This document shows, piece after piece, positions 23,401 to 36,653 of a DNA stretch of 64,000 nt. The stretch's first letter is position 1; each line of letters starts with the position of its first letter. Below the pieces are notes generated by a model. That model worked only from the letters and a program-made list of their open reading frames with translations. It did not search any database and had not been told where the DNA came from. The translations under genes were made by a program, and so were the position numbers. This DNA comes from Octopus sinensis (Eukaryota), in assembly GCF_006345805.1 (NCBI RefSeq), contig NC_043005.1, positions 97,464,001 to 97,528,000 on the forward strand. Reading direction: 5' to 3'.

Positions 23401-25359
23401 GGTAGTAAAGGTATCTGAGAAAGTGGAGGAGGGGCAAATATTCCTCAAATCACACACTATAAATAACAGCTGAATCGCTCTAAAAAAAAAAAAAAAAAAG
23501 GAATCTTTAACATGTTGGAAACAGCAGCCAAATATCTAATATTACACACTGTTGTCTTAAAAAAAGGAAAGACACAAAAATATCTGTAAATACAGTCAAA
23601 TCAAACAGTACTGTTTAAAAAAAGAAAAGGATAATAATGAATAATATGGTAGCAGGGAGACAAAGTCACAGCTGGGGTTACTTAAACTGCAAGAAGTAGC
23701 AATCAAATTCCCCTCAAATCAGTCTACTATCTTAAAAAAAAGACAATATAGGTTGAACTGCTTAAAATAAAGACAGACTGGCCATTGCTGGAGTGTCTAT
23801 GATCATAGGATATGTTCATACAGTGCTTGCCTGGGGTTAAATAACCACCTCATTCATCTAGGAGTTATTCCCTCTCCATTTAATTTCACAACATACTAAC
23901 ATCTTTCCTTTCACTTCCAGCCATGGAGAATAACTCTGGACATGTTTTAGTATTATTCTGATCTTTTCTGAATAATAAAACATTCCCCAATCTTTTTACA
24001 GTTGCAGGTTGTCCCCACCCCCATTCCCGCATCTCTTGTTCCCTATACAATATAGCACCAACTGCAACCCATCCCACCCATCTACTTCTAATTGAGGGGC
24101 CACCTAGATACTCCATCTCTAATATCTGTTTCTTCACAACTCCTACTGACCATTCTTTCCTTCTCTTACTAAATGTGAGTAACCATGCAGCTCTACATAA
24201 ACCTCTCTCACACTGTATCTCCTCAACCCCCAGCATAAGGCTGACCCTAACCTCCCTTGGGGTTTGTACTCTTGTGAACTGCATAGCAACCTTTTCATGT
24301 ATTGGTGCATGAAAAAAAAAGCACCCAGTACACAGTGTACAGTGGTTGGAGGAAGGGCATCCAGCTGTAGAAACCATGCCAATGTAATCCTTGGACACAT
24401 CTGATCTTGTAAAACTGCCCAACCGACGCCAGTATGGAACATGGACACTAGATGATTATGAGGATTTTGTCTCAGAATCAGATCTTGGGAAATTTAACAC
24501 AAAAGAAAATCAAAGGACTGTGATCTTGTGAAAACTGACTGCCTGAGGAAGGTTTAATACTATCAACAAACGTTTATTTTTCTGACCTATTAAAGGCAGG
24601 TTTGACTTTCACAATTTGGCCCCCTGGTGCCATTAGCAAAATACAGTCTGTTAAAATAATTTTAGTCAAATGCTCCAGACTGAGGATAACTTACTCCCAC
24701 CAGAATCTGAGGCCGAGCAAAGTATCATGGGAGCTGCCCTTCTCCCTCCAACTGAGTCATAAAAAAAGTTTTTTATTTTATTAAAAATATCCCCTTATAC
24801 ATCTCAAAATCAATCCTTCTACATATCAAACAAATCCAAAGGACCAAAGTTTGTTTAATATCAGCAATGACTGAGCTGATGAGAGACAAATCTATAAATT
24901 TTATTATTGCTTTTGTCATCCCTTCAACATCAAAATACTCCACCCCACTCTCCAAAATGTCAAAATTTGTGCCTATATAAGAAAATTACTCTAACATCCT
25001 GTTTTTCATGCCGACATGAAACAGGATGGTTTATAAATCAATATAACTTGTAATGCACATCTTGCTTCTATATCCAAAATAAGTGAATCTATTTTAAGAA
25101 CTTTCTCCAGGTCTTACACCAGTGCTTTTACATTTTCACAACCTGCATACATGTGTGAATATCTTTAATGTCCATTTGCTCTTTAAATTCACCTGTGTTC
25201 AACCATTGTTACAAATTAGCTTTGCTGATTCAATCAACTATACTTAGCTCATACCTTTTCTCTCCATGTTTCACAGCTATACAGTAACAAATGGTGTCAG
25301 GTCAGATAACGAGACAACAGCTACTAATTGTAATCATGTAAACCAGTACTACTTGTTTC

Positions 25360-25865
25360 ATGGTGGTGTGCTTGGCAACTACAATAAATGCCGCTCTTGG
25401 GTTGACAGAGCGGCTAACCGGCTTCCGTGCCAGTGGCACATAAAAGGGCACCATTCGAGAATGATCGTTACCAGCATCGCCTTAGTGGCACTTGTGCATG
25501 TGCTAGTAGGGTGCCAAGAGCACCATCCGAGCGTGATCATTGTCAGAGCAGCCAACTGGCTTCCGTACCCGTGGCACGTAAAAGGGCACCATTCGAGCGT
25601 GATCGTTACCAACGTCGCTTCACTGGCACGTGTAAAAAGATGTGAGCGAGGTTATTGCCAGTACCGCCTGACTGGCCCCCATGCCGGTGGCACATAAAAA
25701 GCACCCACTACACTCTTGGAGTGGTTGGTGTTAGGAAGGGCATCCAGCTGTAGAAACTTTGCCAGATCAAGATTGGAGCCTGGTGCAGCAATCTGGTTCG
25801 CCAGCCCTCAGTCAAAATCGTCCAACTCATGCTAGCATGGAAAGCAGATGTTAAATGATGATGGG
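25360..25865 (+). mobile_element. RTE-3'-end-derived retroposon (family A) with internal tandem ~55-60-bp modules
   Basis: Repeated ggcacgtaaaa(g)gcaccattcgagcgtgatcgttacca modules, then the RTE-type tail. Other copies: 8300-8465, 9340-9500, 10370-10560, 22620-22960, 24310-24460, 26018-26300, 28585-28730, 36105-36210, 38733-39160, 42525-42810, 59820-60010, 61550-61690. Confidence 0.8.
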
Positions 25866-26824
25866 TCTTGACTGGAGGGTGGATGGACATACCAGCAGGA
25901 CAAAAAGAAAAATACCTGTCTACAAGAGTGGGTAAACTCAATCATCCACCAGACCTAGCAATGGTTAGGGGTGGGTGGCTACCATTAAGGTTTTTGAGTA
26001 TAGCTTTCTTGGTAAACATTTAACGTCCGTTTTCCATGCTAGCATAGGTTGGACGGTTTGACCAGGGTCTGGGAAGCCAGAAGGCTGCACCAGGCTCCAG
26101 TCTGATCTGGCAGTGTTTCTACAGCTGGATGCCTTTCCTAATGCCAACCACTCTGTGAGTGTAGTGGGTGCTTTTTACATGCCAGGGGAGGCTGGCAACG
26201 GCCATGATCAGTTGGTGCTTTTTATGTGCCATCGGCACGGAAGCCAGTCAAGGTGGCGCTGGCATTAGCCACGTTCGGATGGTGCATTTTACGTGCCAGT
26301 GGCACAGGTGGCACGTAAAATGTACCATCCTTACACTTAATTGATTCTCATAGACATACTGGCATTACCGTTCTCCTGAGCCAAAGAGATGCAGCTGAGA
26401 GAAATCATTTGATAAATGCAAGTGGCACTCAAGGTTCCTTCAATCAGTCTCAGCTAAAATTATCCTCTCTTTCATTGCTGGAAATAATGCATGCCATTCA
26501 CAGTATGGCACACACTTTTTATACGTAGCCCTTTCAAAAGAAACCTTCAACTTATGACATTTATCCCAAGCTCCAAGACAGGCAGGAGGTTCAAAAACTT
26601 GCAACAGATCATACTCTGAAAAATGCAGCCACGAACAGGTGGTGGTGTTACCCAAGTGACAGATTTCTAAATGAATCAATCTTTATTAAAGAGCAACCTA
26701 AGTAATTAATAGTTGTTCCTACTACACTACATTTGGAATATATAAAGTTTAGACTCTTTACTAACTTCTCAGCTACACCACAATTACCAAAGTATATGGT
26801 TTATAGTGACCATATATATATACG

Positions 26825-28090
26825 ATGAGGAAACTAGGGTTAGTGAGAGCTGTGCAAGCCATGTACAGGGACACTGTCAGTAAGGTGAGAGTCGGCAATG
26901 AGTACACTGAAGAATTCCGGGTAGAGGTAGGGGTCCACCAAGGTTCAGTCCTCGGCTCCCTCCTATTTATCATAGTCCTCCAGGCAATAACAGAGGAATT
27001 CAAGACAGGATGCCCTTGGGAGGTCCTCTATGCTGATGACCTTGCTCTAATTGCTGAGTCACTATCAGAACTAGAGGAGAAGTTTCAAGTGTGGAAACAA
27101 GGATTAGAATCGAAGGGCCTAGCCAAAACCAAAGTCCTGATAAGTAGGAAGGCAGGCAAACCACAAATCCCTTCAGGTAGCTGGCCCTGCTCGATCTGTA
27201 GAAAAGGCGTAGGTAGAAACTCTATAAGATGTAACCAGTGTAAACCATGGACACATAAGAGGTGCAGCAATATCAAAGGCAGGCTAACTAGGAAGATAGT
27301 TTTTGTATGTGGCAGATGCTGAGGAGCAATAAACACTGAAAATGTGCAGAGTACAACTTCTGCCACATTCCAGGGAGAGAAACGAGAAGTAGTTGATAGC
27401 TTCTGTTACCTAGGTTACCAAGTCAATAGCAGAGGTGGGTGCGCTGAAAGTGTAGCTGCTAGAATAAGAATAGTCTGGACAAAGTTCAGAGAGCTCTTAC
27501 CTCTGCTGGCGACAAAGGGCCTCTCGCTCAGAGTAAAAGGTAGACTGTATGATGCATGTGTAGGAACAGCCATGCAACATGGCAGTGAAACATGGGCCAT
27601 GATTGCTGAGGACACGTGGAAGCTCGCAAGGAATGAAGCCAGTATGCTCCAATGGATGTGTAATGTCAGTGTGCATACTCGACAGAGTGTAAGTACCTTG
27701 GGAGAAAAGTTGGACCTAAGAAGCAGCAGATGTAGTGTGCAAGAGAGACGACTGTGCTGGTATGGCCATGTGGCGAGAATGGATGTGGATAGCTGTGTAA
27801 AAAAGTGCCACACCCTAGCGGTTGAGGGGACCTGTGGAAGAGGTAGACCCAGGAAGGCCTGGGATGAGGTGGTGAAGCATGACCTTTGAACATTGGGCCT
27901 CATTGAGGCAATGAATAATAACCGGGACCTTTGGAGATATGCTGTGCTTGAGAAGACTTGGCAAGCCAAGTAAGACCATAACCTTGTGGCCTATGCCAGG
28001 GGTGTAACCAGCCTACTTATGCGTACCTTTTCCTTCTTTGGAAGACCTGTTGAGCTGATCGAAATTGAAATAAAATTCAATGACTGGCAT
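26825..28090 (+). mobile_element. 5'-truncated RTE-clade LINE, RT domain with a PHD-like finger; pseudogenised
   Basis: GVHQGSVLGSLLF, LYADDL, then a C4HC3 motif, stop at 27320-27322, then FCYLG...HGSETW...WYGHVARM...GRGRPRKAW. Confidence 0.92.
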
Positions 28091-29536
28091 CCATGCTACT
28101 TTTTTTAACTTTTTTTTTGTTTACGATAGTTTTCTCTTTAAACAGAGCAGGACATTTAAAGTTAGAAATGCATACGAGTTGACGTAATGAATATTATAGA
28201 AATAGATGCTAAATAGAGTCACCAACTGATGATTGCAAAACATGTTTTGTCATGCACAGTATGAAATCAATTGATATTGGGGGTATGTAAACGACCTTCA
28301 GATTCCATCCTGAAAGTAGGCCTATTTTTTAAAATATTCATTGCATTGCTTGTGTGTGTATTTATTGTAGTATTGGTGGTTTTTGAAGCTTTCGCTTTCA
28401 TCTTTGGCAAGCAGTATCTTTACCCTTCTTTTATTCAAATATTTCATATTATACCTGCTTAGGTAGAAGTCTTGCTAGCCACCCCATATATATTACTGTT
28501 TTTAACAGTAATAATGCTTCATATATTTACAATATTTATATGTATAATATATAATATATATATTTAACATATAATATATATCATCACCATCACTGGCAGT
28601 GTTTCTACAGCTGGATGTCATTCCTAATGCCAACCACTCCGAGAGTATAGTGGGTGCTTTTTATTTGCCACCGGTACAGGGGCCAGAGGAGCTGGCTTCG
28701 ATCACAATCGGATGGTGCTTTGTACGTGCCATATTATATAATATATATGTGTGTAAAATATAATATATATACATACATATATATATAAAATCCCATACAT
28801 ACTGTTCATACTTCCCTTAATGAATTGTGGGTAAAAGCAGTGAAATTTTTGGATATTTTTGTCCCTGACGAGGATAAGACATTCTCGAATTGACTGAATG
28901 ACCATGTACTATGTATGTGCAAATCTGTGGGTGTGTTTGCCTTTGGCGTTATCTAACTCCTACATTGTTATATTGATTTTGATGAAACTTAACATGTGAG
29001 TAGAACTCCTGTCTGGAAACCTAGTGACATACTTTGTTGAAAAAGAACTAATAATAGGGCCCCTGGAAGGGATTCTTATATCTACTACATATAACAAATA
29101 TTTTTAAACATCCAAAGGAAATAACCCATTTGCTCCTGAAAGGGATCTTTATATATATATATATATATATATAAAGCCAAGGGAGATAACCCATCCATGT
29201 TTGTAAATTATTTCATACAAATCAAATTGAGCCTGCCTATTTGAACTATTTTCGCAATTTATCCAGTACAACGCTTAAACAAGTATATAGTATTTTCCTA
29301 AATAATAGATCCACTTATTTCGGTTAGCGAATTATTCTTGAATATACCAACATTAGCGCTGCTGGAGGTAATATTTTCTGTGAATGCACAAAATCTTTTT
29401 TCAGAGTTATTTACTTTGAATTGTTGCTATCACATATCTGATTAACCTGTTATTAGATAACATGCTTCATGATTTTAGTATGTATATATATATATATAGT
29501 ATTTTAGTATGTGTATATATATATATATAGTATTTT

Positions 29537-29580
<44 letters not shown>

Positions 29581-32500
29581 CATAGAAATATATATATGCA
29601 CACACACACACACAGCATTTGAATTCGTATATATCCTTTTCTTACATATTAAGGTTACTTTCCCCAGCTGTTACTGTCTTTCAGAAACTCCATTGCTAAC
29701 AACTGTTTCACAAATACCGTTTACTCAATTAAACGAGAAAACCCTTGACATGGTCATTGTATTTGCTAGAAACGGCAACCAAATCCCACTGCTTTAAAAA
29801 TAGATAACATAGTCCTCGATAACACTCCAAATTTCGAGATGGTCTCGGTGGAATGCCTTGATCATAAGCCTGCTCGAAGTTGATCTGGGGTTAAACAATA
29901 ACAACATCCTTACACTATTCTGTTACTTTGTTTCGTTTAACATCCTACGCTTCTAATTATCAAAAACATTTTACTTAGCTATTCGCATATGATAAAGAAA
30001 CTGTCCTCTATCCCCCCCACTTTTATACTTTTTAATATTTGACATGTTAAACTTTAGCTTCGAGATTCTAGCTCATTCTTCTAGTTTCGAAATAGGAAGT
30101 TATAGAAACAAATCGAAAATATGAAATGCTGTAATTGCTTAAGTGCAAACGTCAGTGGATTGAGCATTTTGATTTTGACAAGTACATTGTTCTCATCATC
30201 AATCCACGTAGAAAATTATATTTTTAAGCAACTTATATTTGAGAATAAAATAATTTTCACGACGAAAAATATGTATATATATTTGCCGTACCAAACACGA
30301 ACTTTTACAAAATATCACAAAAAAGTTAATAATATTATTAATAACAGTAAAGTGAGAAATTCGGACGTCGACATCTTTCTAGAAAGAAAATTAGCAAGTA
30401 ATGAAATTTGATAAAGCTTGCCTCTGTTTTCATATTTTCCGTTGTCTCTTTAAATTACAGTTCGGATAGATGTAGCATTTTTATTAATTTACAATAAAAT
30501 ACGAACATCGCAACGTTTTGTTTATCCTTTTATATATTGTAGTGGAAGTGGTTTGACATTTTGATATCTTTGACAACCTTTACACCTCCCACAGCACACA
30601 CATGTTTTCCCTGCCCTTGTGGCAAAATTTGAAATGATTTTATTATTATCATTTGCAGATAATTACAGAAAGAAATATATAAAATTCCTTAAATCTCTAG
30701 TTGGTTTCAAAATTAAGAAAAAAAATCTAAGTTTTCGCTTAAGAGTAATGATTACACAGTGTCAAAATTAGAAAATAACCAAAGAAGCCCGTGCTTTCTA
30801 AGTAATTATTTTTAAGAGAACGTGGAGAGTATATTATCAATAGACGCACTTAAAAGGGAATAGAAATATTCCCTGGAGAAAACAGGACAGATTAAAGAAA
30901 AAGACAAAAACGATATATTTCCGAGAGAAATTTTCAGCATTTAAAGACAATGAAAATACTGGGAATGAAGTGAGTTTCACTAGAATGTCACAACGATTAT
31001 TTTTACTCAAAAACCAAAAAAATATCAAAATGATTTAAGAGATCGAATAAGCAACTTTTTCAACCCTCGGAAATGGTTGATTTAGTTATTTCCTGTCCTT
31101 GATTCAGAGAAAAAAAAAAAAAAAACCCAAAAAACCCTTCACTTTACACATACACGTGTGTGCGTAAGATTTAACAATTTAGGATTTCTTAAACTTTCTG
31201 AATTAAAAAAAAAATTGTTTTGCTTGCCTTGTATTATTAAAACTGCTAGACCATATATCTACATACATACGTGTTTGTGTGTTTTTACGCACACACACAT
31301 CGGTTTGTATGTTTCTTCCACTGAATGTGGCTCTGTGCCAAAGTTAAGAAATCATTAGTTATTTATGCAACTATTAGGACCCATTCTAACTTTCTATTTC
31401 ATCATCGAGAGACCTTATCTCTTTGATATATATTATTTATCATGACAATTATGAATGTGGTTCAGCAGACTAATACCTAAGGCCTTTTAGCAAAGACCAC
31501 CTTATCCTATTTTTTAGTTTCCTTTTCTCCAGACATAGTGTCTACATCTACAATCTAACGTGTCCATTTCTTTTAAAGACGTAGGGCGTAATTTGAAGAT
31601 TTGGCTGTTATTTCTTGCAGGTAGAGACTTCTTTGTTGTGGCAGTATTAAAGCTGTTGTTTAGCTTCTCCTGATTGAGAAGACCTATGATGAAAAGTATT
31701 CAAGCGAAGAATATTGTCCGTTTTGGTTTGAGGGAGATCCGGCTGCTATTTTTAGGAGGTTGTGCGACCAGGAAGAAGCTTTTCTGTTGGTTATGGTTTC
31801 TGGCAGTGTTGATAGTTGAGAGCTACTAGGAAAATGATGCACAACAGAATCTCTTTTGGTGCTTTACTTCTGAGTTCAAGTCAGTACCGGGTCGATATTC
31901 GCCTTTTTGTCCCTTCTCTAGTCTGTAACAGACCGTTTCTCTGTCCCCTCTTTCTATAATTTTTAAAAAATAAAACCAACACTACTGAAAATGAGGGGGG
32001 AATTTGTCAAATTTAAATAACTCGTTAGTTTTTTTTTCTTCACAACGGTATTACAGATAAAACATAAAGTCAAAATACTTGGGATTATTCTAGTTTCAAA
32101 GAACTATGGAGGCTGTTGTTTTTGGACCTAAGTCGGCTCCGATTCAGCAAGACCTACGATCAAAGGCATTCCGGCCATATCCATCCTTTTTCTAGTCATA
32201 GCGTATTGCATCTCGGTTTAAGTTTTCTAACGTGTACTTCCAGTGTTTATTTTATTTTATTTTTGTCTTAAAGAGGACGAAGAATTGACCACTGACAGGT
32301 CGAACAGAATTATAGTAAACGGATTTTTATCAGCAGCTAATTACCAGGAATTAAATTAGGAATATAGGAAGGTTCATTTGTCTGTAAAAAGTGGAACGTT
32401 AAATTTAGAATCAAAGTTTTGGTGCGAAAGACATGCATGCACAAGTAAATTAAAAGGTTTGAGAAGAATTTAAAGATTCTTGACAAAACAGAGAGAGAAA

Positions 32501-32630
32501 TTAAAAGAAAGCTATGTAAATTTTAAAAAATACTTAAATGACAAATGAAAGCAGAGATAAATATTAGTTTTCCAAAGACAATAAAGTATAAGTGTGTGCA
32601 TGTGAATATATAAATATATATACACGTTAC

Positions 32631-32655
32631 CATGGCCTGGCCCTGGAAAAGACAT
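32631..32655 (-). CDS. INIP: SOSS complex subunit C (INIP/C9orf80 homolog), coding exon 1 (MSFPGPGH + G)
   Basis: Minus strand ATG TCT TTT CCA GGG CCA GGC CAT G|gtaacg. The phase-1 donor joins the phase-1 acceptor at 20454 to give MSFPGPGHERANRKQLLEQLEEKKKLL, which resembles invertebrate SOSS-C N-termini (MAFP...NRKILEE...KKQLL, recalled). Confidence 0.8.
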
Positions 32656-33001
32656 CGTCCCCAAGGTCTGGTGGTCGGCGAAAATCACTTAAAATGTGAC
32701 TACAAAGCATGAGGCGGCGACCCACAATGATAACATCACTGAATGAAAGTACGTCGCTAGAGAAACCCAAATAACAGCCTCTCTCATTGGCTCGATTTTT
32801 CACAATATTTCCGATTGAACCAATGAAATAGAATGTTAGTAAAAAGAAATATATATTTCCTTAATCTAAACGCAAAGAGGTATTCGTCAGATGTGATTCG
32901 ATTGGTTGCTTCGTTGGAAAACGGACCAATCGTTGACGACGTTACATGTTGTGGGTGTATAATATAGTGATGGATGTAAGCGACGATCAATAACAACAGA
33001 T
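32656..33001. promoter_or_regulatory. Putative bidirectional promoter with four CCAAT/ATTGG boxes
   Basis: 346 bp between divergent ATGs. ATTGG at 32786 and 32901, CCAAT at 32820 and 32926; CpG-rich relative to the introns. Confidence 0.7.
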
Positions 33002-33124
33002 ATGGCAGCTCCCCAGGATAGTTGTATGTCTGGGAAAGATAACACTGCCGACATTCATTCTAATACAAAAGAAACTTTCAAGGATCCATTAACTAGTGCT
33101 TTGGATAAAGACAGTGAAGATGAG
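33002..33124 (+). CDS. SNX30: Sorting nexin 7/30-like, coding exon 1 (MAAPQDSCMSGKDN...ALDKDSEDE)
   Basis: ATG at 33002, 41 open codons ending GAG|gtgagc (strong phase-0 donor), directly downstream of the CCAAT cluster. Assignment to the SNX gene rests on position and phase. Confidence 0.7.
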
Positions 33125-35679
33125 GTGAGCTTTTTAGTTGGCCTGTTTTGCTGAATGTCTATGTATGAAGAAAATTCTATTATAATTCCATTCATGTCTT
33201 GGATGTTTTATTGGAATCTACGAGACTTAACCCTGTGTGCCACCGTCTTTCTGTCCACTATTCAAATTTTTAACTCGCAAGAAGCCAGGTTTCTGTGGGA
33301 AAACAGGTTGTAATTAATTTTAAGCAGAAAGGTCCACTATTAATTAGTGAAAAGAAAGGTGTTTTAATTGCATGTTGCCATTTTCCAGTGATTTAGTTTG
33401 CAAATTTGTGTGGTTAGTATTAGGTATACTTCTAAGCTTGCAATTAAAAAATCGTTTTTTATGTCAGTGTTCACTCTAATCACTGTTCACTGTAAGCTGT
33501 TAAAATAGAAGAAAAAGGAAATTGCAAGAAAACAACAGCTCTGTAACCCACCGCCCCAAATCCCAACAAAACATTTGATTTTTGTTTTAAAGCAAAGCGT
33601 GAATGTTTTAGCTTCTTTCCAATGCCCATACAATTTAATTTGTATTTATTGTGTTTTAATGTTCACCTCTACTCTTATAGAAGGTCTAGGTTCTTGTTAT
33701 TTTCCTCCAACATAACCATTGTCTAAATGTATAATGTGTTGCTGTGATAAGGTGTACCTGTCCAAATTTGCTGTTGTTTGGAACTAGTCACGCCCCCACC
33801 TTTTATCATACACGCACTGAGCAATGTCAGTCGAGAATCAAGTATTTTTCTTTACCTTATAAATTGCATTTATTAACACTCATGATCAAAAATAGTGTCA
33901 CACACACACACATAATGAATATATTTAATTTGCTCCCCCCTCCCTCTATGCTCTCTGCTCAAATCTTCTTCATCCTCGATGTCGATTTCCACCTTTCATT
34001 TTCTGGAGTCGATAAAATGAGTACCAGTAATATACTAGTTTTTCAATTAAAAAATTTAGTCTCGTGTCTTGTCGAAATGAAATCGTTAGAAAGAGACATT
34101 GAGACATATTATATACGCCTGAGTGTATAAACAGAGGGGAAAAAGTAGTTGAGTTTATTCATTCAAAGCTGAATCATCAACGTCGAATAAATATAATTAT
34201 ATATACAACACGTCTACTTCTGCCTGTCCATTTATTTAGCTGTATTATTCTATGCTGGACACTGTGTGACTGTCATCGGTGTTACCTTTGCAGTAAATAA
34301 AAGCTTATACACCTACCCACACACACAATAAAGCTGTAGTTTGCAAAAATAAATTATAATAAACGTGTTATTGTACAAAAAAAAAATTTAATGTTTTTCT
34401 TAACTGTTTCGCTTAAACCAAGTTGTTTGAATTCGGGTCCACTCTGACTAAATGCTCCTACAATCCAAACTGTTCCAGCCATGACATACTGGCCTTTTCT
34501 CGGGCTTCGCCTACCTTTGACTACATTAGCCAACGTGTCTCTCTTTTTTACGGTCGTGTTATTTGAGGGAAATTTTGACTGCTGTTTCTAGCAGGCGACC
34601 GACCGCATCGAGGCTAGCAGGTGTCGTGTAATTAACTCGGTGATTCTTTTTCTCATGTCTCTTTCCTTTCTATACCTCCAATTCTATCTTTTTTTTTCTC
34701 AGCACAGTTAAGACAGAAAGCATTATTTCCATTGAGCAACTTTTTTTTTTTTTTCTAATTTAATATTTAAATTAGCTGGGAAGCTGTCAACTTTTCATTC
34801 GGATGATTGCTCGCAACACTCGTGTTTTTCATTCTCTCTCCGGCTTTTCACCCTTTCTGTCCTTCGATTTCCCTTACGCTCTTTGTTTCTTTCTTACTCT
34901 CTTGAGGGTTCTTTCATACACCTCTCTGTCTTTATCTCGTTCTCTTTATCTATTTACACCTTCTCCCCCTCCTCTCTCTAATGCACTACTCACCTGTTTT
35001 ATATATATTGCCTTTCAAGCCATATTTTAAGTCGGATTAGTAATTTTAGTCGGATTATTCGGCAAAACCACTGAAGCAATATAAAAACCGTGAAATGCAG
35101 CCTGAGATAATTGAGCCGTCTTGTGAGCTCCCATTGTTTGTTAGAACACAAGACGATATGATCTTGTGAAGTGGTTGTTATCGTTATACTATATCTGTCA
35201 ACAGTCGCTAAGTCGACTTATATTCAGCAGTAACACATCACCATCCTTTCAAAATGCAATGCAACCAATCACAACTAGAGCAAAGCCACCTGCCCACTTA
35301 GTTTACGTGTTTCTCATTAATTAATCGACGTTAATAACATGCTATAGGCTGTACAAACTCGCCGAACTCTGCTTTTAATGTGAACCTCTGAATTTTTGAA
35401 AACTTCTTCTAGTTTCGTTCCTTTATTTATGTTTATGATTAAATCTCATTCGTGTTCTTTCTATACCTACGCCGCGCCTAGAACCAACCCTGAGTCGGAT
35501 CTACAGTCTAATTTGGATTTGGTACTTACATTTCTGAATATGTGATGTATACTACCAACACGATACCTCGTGTTTATTTTACATCACTGTTATGGTACCT
35601 AGCCAGTTCTGGCGTCCTACGTGTTCACGCGCCTAGATTCTATTGAATCGTACTAATAATCTCTCTCTCTCTGTATATG

Positions 35680-35732
<53 letters not shown>

Positions 35733-36422
35733 GTGTAATAACTATACACGTAACTAGTTTCAGTCTTCTATTCAGAATATGTGTGTATTTATACATACGT
35801 GACACCTTGGGCAGGTGTCTTCTATAGCCCCAGGCCGACCAAATCCTTGAGTGGATTTAGTAGTTGGAAACTGAAAGGAAGCTCGTCACTATTCGAACAC
35901 TACGCTAGCCAGGTTTCTGCAAGAAGTGCTACTGTGGCGATCGCCTAGATTTTACTTAACCATTCTATTATGTATATGTGCGTGTGTTACTGTCTCTTTT
36001 CCTTGACATCACGTGACAGCTGTAAACGAATGTCACAGTCATGCAAGCGGTGGTCTTTGTTCTCAATCTTCTGTCTGATTATGGGGGAAATATTACCTTA
36101 CTTTGAAAGTTGGATGCCCTTCCTAACGCCAACCACTCCGAGAGTGTCGTGGGTGCTTTTACATACCACCTGCACGCGGCCAGTCAGGCGGTACTGGCAA
36201 CGACCTCGCTTTTTGTTTTAATTATTTGAAACTTTTTTTTATAGAGAATGAAGTTTCAAAGAATTGACTTTTGAAATGTAGCTTGCTGGAATTTTGTTAA
36301 AAACTAAAAATGTTACAAGTTGAACTCTTTAAAAAAATTCATGTGTATACAGATTGTATTTGTGAAGTATGTATTAGCTGGTCACATTTTCATTGAAAGC
36401 CCCATTTTTTCCTAATTGTTAG

Positions 36423-36653
36423 TTAACCCTTTTGATACCAACCCACCTGAAACCACCTCTGGCTCTGAGTACAAATGTCTTGTTTTCATAAGTTATGAAT
36501 TAAAATCTTCCACCAAACCTTAGTCACAGTTTATGTTCCTTAACACTAGCTTAATGATAACTAAGCTATTTTACTAAATTCTTTGTTATATTTAAAATTA
36601 ATTGAAAGAAACACAGAGCATCTCAGCAGAAATAATGGTAACAAAATAGTTGA
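36423..36653. mobile_element. piggyBac-like MITE, uninterrupted copy
   Basis: TTAA-cccttttgatacc ... ggtaacaaaatag-ttga; body similar to the split copy at 2220-5180. Confidence 0.7.

Noticed and set aside
24538-24580. cctgaggaagg...aaacgtt hammerhead-like string
   Set aside because: Stem II and stem I pairing are not recoverable.
25400-25720. Spaced direct repeats superficially like a CRISPR array (also 38880-39130)
   Set aside because: Eukaryotic retroposon modules with homologous, not unique, spacers and no cas genes.
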